Positions 38,801 to 51,700 of a stretch of 64,000 nt of DNA are shown one piece after another. The position numbers were made by a program, and so were the translations under genes. Each line of letters opens with the position of its first letter. The stretch's first letter is position 1. The notes beneath the pieces were generated by a model that was not told the origin of the DNA, made no database searches, and saw only the letters and a list, made by a program, of their open reading frames with translations. Location: positions 289,492-353,491 of the forward strand of contig NMRA01000107.1 of NCBI GenBank assembly GCA_002633005.1. The letters are read 5' to 3'. The DNA comes from Phoronis australis. Taxonomy: Eukaryota; Animalia; Phoronida.

Positions 38801-39297
38801 GTACTTGTTCAAAGGGACAGTTGTGTTGTGTTTAGACATGTCGCAAGTACTGATTGAGAGAAATATAAAGTTCATTGATTTGACTCATGCAGGTATTAAG
38901 TGAATTAGATAAGCGCTTAACACAAAGATACTTTAGAGATAGTTTGTTGAATTGTGACAAAAAAATGGATGAAATTTAAGTAAAAGCAACATAACATCAT
39001 TCTTTGATTTAAGAAAAGGCCAGCAAAGCTAGAGAGAATTACATTTTGAAAGAACAAACTCAATGGCTTAATAGTTCTATTCATGGAAAACGGGTGTACA
39101 GCATACTAAACATCTTTTCTCTATTCGGCACTCTCAGGTCATCACAAACTTTTGGATGACATGCTTCACCCAAGTGTCACATTGGTTTCACATGCCATGC
39201 TTCAATGCCATATTCGCTCAGGGTATGTTTAGCCAAACATTGGTCAATGTGTATTTATCATGTTGATGCTTATCCAAGGCCATGGGCTACAGCGCAG

Positions 39298-39545
39298 GGG
39301 CCCGTTCCAACAAAACTGACTTAGCTAAGACAATTCTTAAATTTAACTAAATTTTAAAATAAAAGTTAAATTTGTCTCAAATTCATTTCAAGGGAGAGAT
39401 CTTAAGCTTAATTTAAGTATTTGACATAAGCTTTGTCTTAATTTTGACAAACTTACCGGATGTGGAAGTTTCAAAGATTGGAAGTTAAGACAAATCTTAG
39501 ACTTAAGCCAAAAAGGAACTTAAGTCAGTTTCATGGCAGGGGCCC
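39298..39545. mobile_element. PIF/Harbinger-like MITE
   Basis: Imperfect TIR GGGCCCGTTCCAACAAAACTGACTTA / TAAGTCAGTTTCATGGCAGGGGCCC, with CAG on both sides. Interior is rich in CTTAAG/TTAA. Confidence 0.7.
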
Positions 39546-40539
39546 CAGTTCATGCCAACTAAACCTCTTTTCATTGTTGTAACTGTTATGTAATCATTAC
39601 CCTTCACAAACCTGTTTCTCTGTGGTGTGGCCTTGTTATCAGATCAGTTTACATAATGTAGAGTAACTTAGAACTGAGCATGGGGGTTTCTGCCACTGAG
39701 AAGGGCAATGAACTGTTAGTAGAAAGAAAAAGTGCTGTTTTCGGACCCCTTAATGAAAAATATTTCCCTTTTTAATGAAAAATTTATGTTTTCTTATCTC
39801 TAGCCAGTATGAAGGAATTTCCCTCCAGTGTAGCCAAATATCTGAAAACCCAGTATAAGTATAGTGTCTGAAATTAGGCTGTAGAATTCGGTGACATGAC
39901 CATGTATCTGTTTTGTTGGAATTTAGCAAAAAAGGTACATCCCTTGGAAAAAAGTGATATTGGTCATGTGGCCAATTAATTTTGCTCGAGTGCTCAACAT
40001 GAGGTCCCAAAAACGTTACAGTTTTCTAAATCATCACTTCATTTTTGCTTAGTGCAACTTTAGATTTTTTTATAAACAACATGTCGTTGATAGCGCTTTA
40101 TGCATGGCACACATTTTAAAAGCACTTACTAAGGAGAATGTTGCATACAACATGGTATCTCAGATCAGACATTTCGGAAATATGATGCTCCAAGATTTTC
40201 TAAATTTGGACATTTTTGAGGATCCTGACATAACCTATAAGTGTTGTTCTTACCATACTTAACCTATTAGCTCATTTTCTGTTCATGTGAGGTACTGCTC
40301 TTCTTAGTGATCATTCTTGAGCTGTCAGAATTTCTACTTCTTTGTTTACTGATAACTCTAATTACACTCCTGCAGAACATTGATATCTATGGAGGTTAGT
40401 TACAATAAAAACAATGCATACGTACCTCAAATTTTTTGTTGGAGGATCGCATTTATGCGCAACAACATCCCTCAAAATTGTATTAATTTTTTTGTAAAAT
40501 TTGTCCGAAAATTTAATCACAAATACAGCCGGTCACACA

Positions 40540-42930
40540 TAACCATGGAAAACTCTTAATTTATTGCTCCTTGTTTTAAGATTTCTCTCTCAATCTTTTA
40601 AGTATATTACAGTGAAACCACGTCTTCCAATACCATTACCGTTTTAAAGCATGATTTCAATAATCTTATCATTTAAACCATGTTGCAAATTCGTGCCATT
40701 CGCCCTTACAGCCCAAAAGAACCTTTGAGACCAAATTCCAGTATAGTATAGTATAGTCTGGAGTCATATGTAAGGAACATTACCTCCGTCTACTAAAAGA
40801 CGTCTATAAAATCTCAACTGCAAAATTTTACTACAAATTCCTCAATAATCAGATTCCTAAGTATTTTTACACTAACAACTTCTTTAGTAAACCCATCCAA
40901 TATAAACCAACCAGACACATTAAAATTCCTACATACCTGAATCAATTCTTAGCTGATATTTCGACAATATAACCCAAAAGTTTAATTCCTCCGTCCAACA
41001 AATTGTCATCAAGATCCTGTATTAGATTTGAAATTCCTAGACTTATTAACAACAAAGAAATACCAGTCTCTGCTCTAAATACAATAAAAACACATTCTTT
41101 GTAAGCAGTCTACAGGTTCTTAACCAATTTTATTATTAGCAACTACGGTCCAGTTTGTTATAATTCCAACTCGTCATATGTAACAGTTCTACCGTATTCG
41201 CCCTAATAAGCGCTCATGCCCCTATAAGAGCCCCCCTCGCGTTTTCAGACTTCGCTAAAATAAGCGCCCAGTCAATGAATGCCATGCACATGTGAATTAT
41301 GTCTTACCTACAGTTCTAAAATTCTACAGTAACGTCTTCAATTTATCAACAACATCCGACAATCCTGAAAAAATTATTATGCGCAGAATTTGTAGAACAC
41401 GAGCCTCGCCGCTATGTCGGTATTTAGCCGTGACTATACACTTCAAACTTCCACCGTGTTCCAAAAAGAAACGCAAATTTTGCTAGGCTTTCGAGGGAAG
41501 TGTCCTATTATGGTCTGGCCTTTCAGAACAGACGCAGCGTACTTGTCAAAGGGGCTGACTTCTATCTTTCCTGTATAGATCTTCTCCCTCAACAGGAATC
41601 CAAATTTCTTTGTACACGTGAAAACCGCGGATTGGAGACTAATAAAAACGTGACCTTTGTTCAGTTAAAAGCACGTGGCTTGGAAGTGCGTGCTACATTC
41701 AAGAATTTGTCATCGAAGATTCGTCTTCAGGAACTATCTATTCATGAAACGGGTAGCATAGCATCGGCAAGAAATAAATACTGGCAGTTATTTCCGAAAG
41801 TTTCTGATACCCTAAAAAACGATTGCATCATTTTAGGCGGAATTTTTAAATTAGTCGTAATTGGTTTTTTAATGTCAAAATGACCCACTGGTGGTGAACA
41901 CTTCTGACCCTTACACCCCCGAATCTCCCAAAAAATATCTGTTAGACTGTCACGCATCCAGTCACCTGGCGACTTAATGACATTGGCCTTACTGCGACAA
42001 TTCTCAAATGTTTTTTAGTAGATGAGACCAACAAGTGCTAAATATTCTGTTTTAATGCTTGCGTTAATTTCCTTAGCTGCAATGGACACATAGATCGTTT
42101 TATCATGTTTACTTTGGCAGATGAAATGTGATGACACGCTCTCTCACACAATACGCAGACGAACTTCAAAACAAACATCATGTGACAACATGTGTGCTCG
42201 TCCAGAGATTTTTCTGGTGTTGCAGAGTACGATCTAGCGCAGATTTGGACTTAATATGCAGTAAATCCTGACTCCACAGGACCTTAAAAATCTTAGGGAC
42301 GCTATTTGAAAACTTAAGGACTTCAGGTAATTTGTTGAGTCGAAACTATATTTTTACTCAAGAATTCAAGTTGACCTATCGGCAATCGTGAGGCAGTGAG
42401 GCATCAGTCGGCGAGTTTTCGCACTGGGATTTTCTGAAAAATGCTCGTAATTTAACAACAAAAGTTTGATAGCAATGCACTACAATTTTGAAGAAACTCT
42501 GTCATAGGTTACAGTTTCGTCACAGAGCGTAAATTTAATGAATTCTAGCTCACAATTTCACCTGCTTCGGAGACCGGGTTTCAATCACTTTTGGGCTATA
42601 ATAAGCGCCCCCTTCCTGAAGCGAATTTTTGTAAGTGCCCTTATTAGGGCGAATACGGTAATTGTATTCCCAAAATCTCCTGAGCTGTGCCAGTCCAGTT
42701 CTTGGTTCCTGTCGTGTTGGTTGTTTTTCAGCGCTAATTCACCTTCTTTTCTTAAGTATGTTATATATATGGATTTCTCACCTATTCCTACTGATTTTTG
42801 CACTTCCATTTATATATTTTGTACAGGGGACCTTCTTATTAATGGTCAATAACCTTTAGAAGGCCTCCTAATTGAAATCAAATTATCTAATCATTGTAGT
42901 ATTACAAGTTAATGTAAATAAACGTGTTTC
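40540..42930 (+). pseudogene. Decayed 3' fragment of a CR1/L2-group LINE, split by a MITE
   Basis: Broken frames read KLLIYCSL (~40552), LQIRAIR (~40683), LLKDVYKISTAKFYYKFLNNQIPKYF (~40790), IRFEIPRLIN and NTIKTHSL, matching recalled post-RT motifs of CR1/L2-type ORF2. The putative 3' UTR resumes after 42660 and ends near AATAAA at about 42918. Confidence 0.65.
41190..42660. mobile_element. Tc1/mariner-pogo-like MITE (TA target)
   Basis: Perfect 21-bp inverted ends TACCGTATTCGCCCTAATAAG / CTTATTAGGGCGAATACGGTA, including the TA. Internal ATAAGCGCCC repeats lie near both ends. Confidence 0.92.
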
Positions 42931-43424
42931 CCTCTCTCTCAAAGGGAGGGATCCTCCAGTGTAAACATATCTTCTGTTAATAACTTTACACAAGATAAAT
43001 TTTAATCAAACATAAGTCCTTTCACCCTTTGTTACTTATGTTGAAATGCTTAGCCAGCCAGGTTATGTTTGAACAATGCTAGGCTGTGTCTGTGAGAAAA
43101 ACAACTTAGATGAGCAACAAAAAAGGATGATGTCAATTTTACAGTTAAGCTTTTGATCTATCTTTGGGCATAATAAAGTGTCAAACATAATTACGTTTGT
43201 AATTACGACCGAGAGTTCGATTGTCTTACGACCATAATCACAATATCCAATTAGAAATTGGTCTGTATGTCATGTGAGCTCTGAAGAAATTACATGCTCG
43301 TAATTTTATGCTCGTTTTTTCGGTCATAATTTTACACTTGTATTTTTCGCTCGTACTTTTCGCTCATAATTTCACTCGCAATTTTTCATCCGTATTTTGC
43401 GCATGTTATGAAGTGCTCAGAAGG

Positions 43425-44085
43425 TAAAATCTCAAGCTGAAGATAGAGGCAAACGTAAAAAAATGAAATTGCCACTAGGTGGCACACCAGTAGTCAGAAA
43501 GTAGTCTGAAAGTCATTGTCGCCTGTTGTCATCATCATATAAATGCACTTACTAAATTTAGTAAAGATCCTGCAAACAGTTTAGGAGAAATAGCCATACA
43601 CGCAAAAAACTGCCATTAGGATGCGCCAAATAGTCGAAGTCGTTGGAAAATCAACATCAACCATCCACTTCATAGTAAGAACACACATGCCAATTTTCAC
43701 AATCATGCTTAGAGCAGTTTGTTTGATAGAGGGGTGGAAGCTAAAAAACAGACTTGAAAACAGTAAAAATGACCACTAGGTGGCGCAAACTACGTCAAAT
43801 CCATCCGAAAACAGGAGCATACCGTCGTCTCACTAATAGAGGCCTATAAACCAAATTTTGTGAAAATATGTTCAGGACCATTGAAGATACAGAAGCCAAC
43901 GTAAAAAACTAAAATTGCCACTAGGGGGCACACCGGTAGTCGGATCTGTCCCAAAGTTCCCTCATGTCATCCCATCCATGACAGGAACACATGCACAAAA
44001 CTTCATCAACATACGTCAATCGATTTTGGATATAAAGCAGCAGACGCCGGACGCCGCCCCGACGGACAGAGATGACTGCATAAAA
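43425..44085 (+). mobile_element. 5'-truncated HINE-family copy with CTCF-like monomers
   Basis: Motifs CCACTAGGTGGCAC (43472), CCACTAGGTGGCGC (43773) and CCACTAGGGGGCAC (43918). The end GACGCCGGACG..GAGATGACTGCATAA is colinear with 56966-56994. Confidence 0.85.
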
Positions 44086-45199
44086 ATATAACATTGTAAA
44101 CATGTTTAAAGTAAGGTATAGATCTGTTTCATATCATTTTTATGGCCTAAAGTGGATATAGAAAAAAGTGCGGAACTGTTCCGTCCACTTTGACACAAAA
44201 TAAGAAAGTCTCATTTGAAAAAATCACCTTACCACAATACACATAAAAGTCCCTTTTTATAAGGCCTATCCCAGTCTCCGAAGCTTTGGGCAGTGGGAAC
44301 ACTTAACTTCAGTCTTTTATCAAGTTAACAGCACTAGTTAGCTTTGAAGTTAGAGGTGGGTTTGACAGGGAAGTGTTGACCTTCAGAATATTGTGAACAC
44401 CTGATGCCACCAGAATTATCCGCAGGTGTCAATGTGCTCGCCAACAGCGAGTGGTAACTAGTTAATATTTGTTCCAATATTTATTATTTTGGCAAGCATT
44501 CTGTTTCAGTTTGACCATGTTTGCTGGAATCTTTCCTTGAAAAAATAAGTCCACTGAACGTTTTGTGTAACACACGCAGATGAAAGTCCACCGTCCATAT
44601 ATCTTATTGTCAGTGGAAAACCTGTAAATGTTACACTTTGATAATCAAATAAATTTTTCATCAACAGGCAGGTTTGTCACTAATTATTCAGTTTTAAAGC
44701 CTCATACAGAGCAGTAGTGCTGTTCTTTTATAAAGATGAAGCAATAACCGATTATGCTAACTTGCGAATTGTCATTTTCCTGTTGACCTATAGAAATGTA
44801 TGGTGATCAAAATGAAGTATTCCTTTTGTTTACATTTGATTTGTTCATATGTGGAACTCTCTTTTTAGAGCTTTCTTAACTGAAGGTCTTTGAACAGTTT
44901 CAAGTTTTGTGTTCCCTTGTCTATAACAAAAGTTCCACACGCAAGCAAAATGTTTTCAATTGTAGCTAGCTGGATAAGAATCTGCTATACACAAGATTCA
45001 AGAATAAACAATTATCAGTGTATTTAAAAACAAAATGGCAAACTGAACAACTGCATACTTACGGTACAAATAGTCCGGGAGCCAAATGCTGTCTTTTACT
45101 TAACCTGGTTTTGCCGAATAAAGTTTTTTCGTTGCTGTTTCATGTAGCCTAGGGTTTGGTAATCCGAAATCAGGCGGGTGAGCATTCCCAAACCTTGAG

Positions 45200-46230
45200 C
45201 ATTTTTTTAAATATGCAAATTAAGGTCGCCATTACGCAAAATTCTATTTTTACCTATAATTTCCTTACCAAGATTATTTCGACGCTTTTTCCCATGTTTC
45301 CATGGTCAGTGAATTTAATGGAGCAAGTTTGTCTGTGAATACTTTGTCAATTTGCATAATTTATGCAAATTAAGACCCCCATTATGCAAACTTCTATTTT
45401 TGCTATCATTTCCTTACCAAGCACTGCAGACAGGTTATTTTGATGCTTTCACCCATGTTTACATGGTCAATGAATTTAATAGTGAAAGTTTTTGGGTGGA
45501 TATATCGTCAATTTGCATAATTTATGCAAATTAAGGCCACCATTATTCAAGTTTACTTGTTCTAATAGCTATGGTACCAATCACCACAGATGAATTATCA
45601 TATTTCCACCTATGTTTCTATGGTCAATTAGTTTAATGAAATCAGTTTGCATGTTGTTGCATGATAAAAATTGCATAATTAATGCAAATTAAGGCCACCA
45701 TTATTCAAAATTATTTGTTGCTTAAAGCTCTCTTACCATGCCCTTCAGACAGGTTACTTTAATGTTTTCACCCATGCTTCCATGGTCAGGGAATTTAATG
45801 GACCTCGTTTGCTAGTGGATAGATGGTGAACTTGCTTAATATATGCGTAATATATGCAAATTAAGGCCACCATTATTCAAGCTTCTACTTTTGCTTACAG
45901 CTGAAGTACCAGGCACCCCAAATGAACTATTTTAGCGTCTTTACCCATTTCTTTGAAATCAGTTTGCAAGTTGTTGCATGATGAATTTTCATATTTTATA
46001 CAAATAATGGACACCACCATTCCAAATACTGTGTCTGCTCTTAATTTCCTTACCGGGTGTTACACACACGTAGATTATTTTCGAATTTACCTCATGTTTT
46101 TGATAATTTATGCAAATTACAGCTGGCATATTCAAAATTCTACTTGTGCTTATAACTGCTGCATCAGACACCAGAGGTCAGTTATAAATATTTGTACCCA
46201 TGTTTCGGTGGTCAATGAATTTAATGAAAC
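45200..46230. repeat. About 160-bp tandem array with octamer (ATGCAAAT) palindromes
   Basis: TATGCAAATTAAGGCCACCATT-like units at about 45212, 45362, 45523, 45682, 45854, 45997, 46109. ATTTGCATAATTTATGCAAAT is exact at 45350 and 45511. Confidence 0.85.
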
Positions 46231-47436
46231 CTGTTTACAGAATCACCTTTTTTATGAGGTAAGAAAATATTTTGTGTAGGATGTGTTCTGTGGTTTGAGA
46301 CCTTAAAAATATAAAAAGATATTGCCCTGCGCTCTCACAGACCATAGAAAAAGCGCAAATTAGTTTAATGTTTTGGGTGAATGCTGCCGGGAATGGGGCT
46401 CGGAGCGATCAGTTTATACGGACTACATTCATGAGGTAGGAATACAGAAGTGAGGGGTTAGTAGGGAATTGCCCTCAAAGAAAAGAATCTTAAGCTTTGG
46501 GCAGAAGTTGCCATTTGTCCTACAATATTGAAACAGATCTTGGACAGATGGAGAGTGGTAACGTTAGATCCTGTACTAAAACTTATCACACGGAAGAAAG
46601 TAAGGCCGGTCTTGATGCACATGCCCAGGATATTGCACGGATCTGTCAAAAGTAGATACCAGCATCAATCTATTGGATCCCAATGTCCATCCCAAAGACA
46701 CAGTGGTGAACATCAGCATGACAGGATTGCCACTTCAACAGTTAACGTACATGAAACTATAAGCATGGGGCAGGTAATGTTATCAGACTTCGAGAAAGGC
46801 TACCAGTACATTAGGAATACAAGTAGGCAATCACTGATGAAGATCCTTGTCCCTTAACATTGGAGATCGAGACATCCCATGAAGAAGCTAGCTCCATTAT
46901 TGTCTAACAGGACGTGAAATGTGCATGTGAACTTAACAAATTTTAGGTTGTTTCGGATGACAAAAATGTATTGTCCTTCATGTTATTACTAAGACAAGGA
47001 ACAGCTTCAAATATCACAACCATGAAATCACCTAGTAAGCGTAGAACAGTTGAACACATATTAACAGTGAAAACATGTAGCGATAATGTGATGGTCTCCT
47101 CTCTGCCCATGCACTGTAGGGGTGTAACACGTTGGCATGCTACTGTGGAGTTGGAAAGGGATCCATCGTTAAAATACTGAAGACTGAACACGACCTGCGT
47201 GCCATCGGCACTAGTAATGCACATTTTCTGATGTCATGAAACAGGCCTCTGAATGTATGTGCGCCTGTTATGGAATGAAGAGAATCAGGAAGATGTCACG
47301 AACCAGACTACTGGCATTGGGGAAGAGAAATGGCAAGAAATACATGTCCGCCCCCACACTGTTACCAACAACAGAGGCATTCAAAGAGAATGTAAACATA
47401 AACAGAGCCCATTACCAGTCAGTCATGAGGTGGATG

Positions 47437-48720
47437 TAGAGGGCGCATTGGCAAACCAATCACTTTCAAACTGGTCACGTGTTTGTTGCTATTGATCAGC
47501 TTTTATAAAATTTTGTTTAACCGAAGTCACTTTCAAGATGGCGGCTCTGGCACATTTTCACTCATTTTCAATCGTTCTGCTGTCACATTTTTAACGGGAA
47601 GAGCAAATGACGTGAATTTTTGCATATGGCTTCCTTGAAGTATGCTCTTTCAAAAATTCTGCAGTAACGTTTTTCTCAGACTTACCGTTTTTGAGTTATT
47701 TGACTTTGAATTTCAAAAAAACGCAAAATTTCAATTTTTTCGAAAAATTTATGAGATTTTGCAAAACTATCAATCTAGGTAGTTTTGGACGGGCTTTCAG
47801 AAGATATTATCCATTTTTCGCTACGACGTGTACTTTTTGAATTATTCGAGATTTTCTGATAGCGCTGTTCCTTTGTTGACAGCTCTTGCTGCCCTGATGT
47901 TGGTTTAGCTTCTGTTGAACAAGACCATGAAGACATTGCTCATAGAGGCCGCATTTTTCGACGTGCAGGGCTGAAAATTGGTACGATTATTATGGCATAC
48001 AAGCACTACAATTCCGCCGCAAATCTTTAACTTCCGATCAAAGATGGCGGAAATATCGGCAATGGCGCATGCGCACCTCGATAACAGGCCGAAAATGTTT
48101 TCTCCTGTAGAGGGAGCATTGGCGAACCAATCATTTTCAAACTTGTCATGTGTTAGTTGCTTTTGATCAGCTTTTATAAATTTTTTTTAACCGGAAGTCA
48201 CTTTCAAGACGGCGGCTCTAGCGCATTTTCACGCAATTTTCAATTGTTCTGCAGTCGCATTTTGAACGGGAAGACCAAAATGATGTGAATTTTTGCATGT
48301 GGATTCCTTGAAATATGCTCTTTCAAAAGTTGCGTGATAACGTTTTTGTCAGACTTACCGCTTTCGAGTTATTTGATTTTGAATTTCAAAACAAAATGCA
48401 AAAATTAAATTTTTTCGAAAAATTCATGGAATGTTGCAAAACCGCCAGGATACATAGAATTTTGAACGGACTTTCAAAAGATATTTTCAATTTGTCGGTA
48501 GGACGTCTAATTTTTTAATTATTCGAGTTTCTGAAAATGCTGTTCCTTTGTTGACCGATTTTGCTATTCGCCAAGTGTCCCTCAAGACTGTAGCCTATTT
48601 ACTGATTTCTCACATCTTCTCTATTCACATGAGTGTTATAGTGTTGCTCATAATCGCCACCTTCATCATCACAATCATCATCGTTAATTTCGCCTAGTGT
48701 CACTCAAGATTGTAGGTTGC
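47437..48720 (+). repeat. Dispersed repeat in a ~670-bp direct tandem duplication
   Basis: TAGAGGG(C/A)GCATTGGC..AACCAATCA..TTTCAAACT begins at 47438 and 48108 and stays colinear for about 450 bp. An inverted copy lies at 59940-60746. Confidence 0.85.
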
Positions 48721-51700
48721 ACTGAACAGTCAGGTCGCGGCCACGGGGCATTTTCTAGTGCCTACAATTCATATACAGGGCGTATGTCAGCTTTGGCTCG
48801 TTGTTCGAGGAATTTGTTGAAATAATACCAATAAAGTTTTTGAAAAAAAGTATTTACTTGTCGTTTCCTTTTTGTAAGAATCATATTGCAAGAAAAAAGT
48901 TCTCACTATACTGTGATAAGATATGCGATGTATCATCTACTAGATTAAATTGACCAGCACGGAAATAATTTTTCTTACTTTAGACTGTGATACTTTTTCA
49001 ATTTGATCCAGAATTTATTAAATTAACATCTACCTTATGAATTTGATAATATAGCAAAACACCTACAACTAGCTTATTTATGACAAATTAGCAAGACACA
49101 TAACAATTGGGGTAATTTTTAGGGTCAAGTGACCTCCAAAAATGGGTTCGTTTAGGGAAAAAATCAAAAGCAATAGGAAATTCAAACTTAATCTCTGAAA
49201 CTAGAGAGACTGGGCTTTCAGATGACACCAGAAATGTTCATCCAGTCACAATTAAAATGTCTTGGTTGACCTTTTCACAAAACTGCCCCTTAGATACAAA
49301 ATCACATGCTCTCTACTGGCTCTCGAAGTGTTTATACAGTTTATACTTACAGGGAAACCCCGGCGTTATTGAACTGTACACAGATAACCCGTACCTAAAT
49401 ACCTTAGTAAGGCCACTGTCCGACTGTCCAGCTGGGCCAAATGGTCACGTCACAACGCGAAGGCGTTCCCCTTTCTAATCGGTCACTGTAGTCTTATTAT
49501 CTTTCTTTTATGAGTAGCACAAACACAATCATAGCCATAGGACTATACTTGACTCATCACCTCAGTTTCTTAGGCGCCCAGGCGAAGTATAGCTTAGAAC
49601 AAACCAACAACGTAAAATTCAAATCATCAAATGAATTTCAAACCATAAATCGTAATTTTGTCACCTGAAATTCCATAGAATGTCAAATCCTGCAGAATCG
49701 ATGAGCACTGTGTAACCAGTCTTAGTGAGAGAGTTTTACAAAGGCTTAACGCACACGTGCTTAACGTCTCAGATTTGCACAGGGGAGATAATCTCTTAAC
49801 TAAGAACAGGCCAGATAACTAGCCGGATATCAAAATTTATGCATGTCCATATCAGACCATAGTACTCATGAATATCATTTCTCTCTGAAACGATGCATGC
49901 AAGATTATTTACGTTCCAGGCAGACGAATTTACCGACGACTATAAGAAACAAGTTTTTATTTTTTTACTCAAGTACCTGTGCATCAAATTAGCCACTCAG
50001 AAAACTAATTTCCAATGTATATAGATAAAATGTTATATATGGGTGTTTTGATGATTTTCCTATTTGAAATGGTACAAGAATTGTCCTAACATTAAAACCG
50101 AGGAAGACTGATGCAGGACCGTGGAAGCGGGGGGGGCGGGGGCGGGGGGGGTATTGCCNGGTTATTGCCCCACCAAAAAAATTGCAGGCGTCAGGGTTAA
50201 ACGTCTGGCAACCGACATAGACTCGGGGCCGGGGACAGTAGGGAAAAGAAAGACTACGAATACGAGTAAGAGAGATAAATCAAGAGAACATTTGACAAGT
50301 CAGTATCAGTGCATGATTTACTCAGTCTTTCAGAGGGCCCTGGCCAGAACATTGTTGTTAGGGTCTCGGTTTTTGTTGCATACATGTAGGTCGTCTGAAT
50401 GCACTTGAAAAAGTGCACTTTATCATCCATACATGTATTTCGAAAAATCGAGAAAAATCGAAAAGCGAAGCTTATGCGGAGCATATTAATTAACTGGATT
50501 TTAAATTCAACAAGACAGTTTTGCAAATGCAGAAATGGAAAATTACATTTTCCAGACAACTGTCGTTCTATTTTTTGTGTTTTTCTTTCTCTAAATTGTG
50601 TAATGATTTGAGAAAATTGATTGCCTGGCAGATAACATCAATTGCTGCGCATTTCCTGACTTGAAAATTTCTTTTCATATTTAGGGGCCCAGCTCTTGAA
50701 GAGGACCATTGGTAATATTTAAGTGGCCACCCTTTTCGTGTTTTATTTGGCAAATTTTTAAGGGGCTGTTCAAGAAGAGAGAGCCCAATGTTGGAATCGA
50801 TTATCTCTATTTTCCTGTTTTTTTTTGTGAAATCGTACAACCGGCTTTCATGCTGAGGAAAGTCACTTCTTGCAAGGTTACCCGACAATGGGATGAAATG
50901 TCGCTCTTTTCCAAGCTTAAGGATGTGTAGCCTTTCATCTTAGGTGTCCCATTTCAGACGGGACCCCTTCATGGTGTGGCAGTTCGGGTGTGCCTCTAGA
51001 CAGGCATGTAAATCGGCCGACACTGCCATGAGAGGAAGTTGATATTCCAAATTCATCAAAAACACAAAACAACCGTGCACAGCACAGCAGTTTCAAAGCA
51101 TTCGACCCAAACAACCAAAAATGTGAAAGTACAATTAGATTGACCACCCTCAAAAAGTTAGATTTTTGAAAAACGATAGGGATCAATATTTGTGAATTGC
51201 ACAAAAAGGTTACTTCAGATGGTTACTTATAAATAATGTTATACTTTTTAATAGTATCACAAAAATAGTATTTCTTTTGAAGGTCGTTACTAGGATCTGT
51301 TTGTAATGAATTCACACATGTCGAAAAGACTGTGATGACCGTGTACATGTCGAACAGTGGTACTCGAAATATTCGTAATAATAAACAAATATTTCAGCGC
51401 TTTTTTGGAGTTCAAGTTAAACTCGTGAACCGTTATAGGTACCTAAGAAATAAGCAATACACCTTAATATGAATGCCCCATCTTCCTTGTTTCTCGGGTT
51501 ACCCGTCAAAAATCTGCGATCATGCCTGCGGAGATTATAACATTCCGTTTTGATAAACAAATTCGTTTGTTTCTGATTTACATGTTTATGTATCTACGAA
51601 AACCGACAGGTTATTAGATGATTTTTGGCAATTAGAAGCTAATGTTTTAAGAAATGACGATGTTTCAGTGAATTTAGTTGAAGCCTGAATATGGAAAAAC

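Larger units (their letters stand above)
37142..44230. mobile_element. 7.1-kb long-TIR DNA transposon relic with nested insertions
   Basis: About 150-bp inverted repeats at 37142-37290 and 44081-44230 (e.g. TTTTTCAAATGAGACTTTCTTATTT..CAAAGTGGACGGAAC). Termini are AAGG...CCTT with ACC on both sides. No intact transposase ORF. Confidence 0.8.

Noticed and set aside
41500-41883. 127-aa ORF inside the TA-target MITE as a transposase
   Set aside because: No recognisable HTH or DDE/D motif, and far too short.
46458-47495. Cluster of short ORFs with coding-like composition
   Set aside because: No recognisable domain or consistent splice structure. It may be a decayed element, but I cannot support a call.
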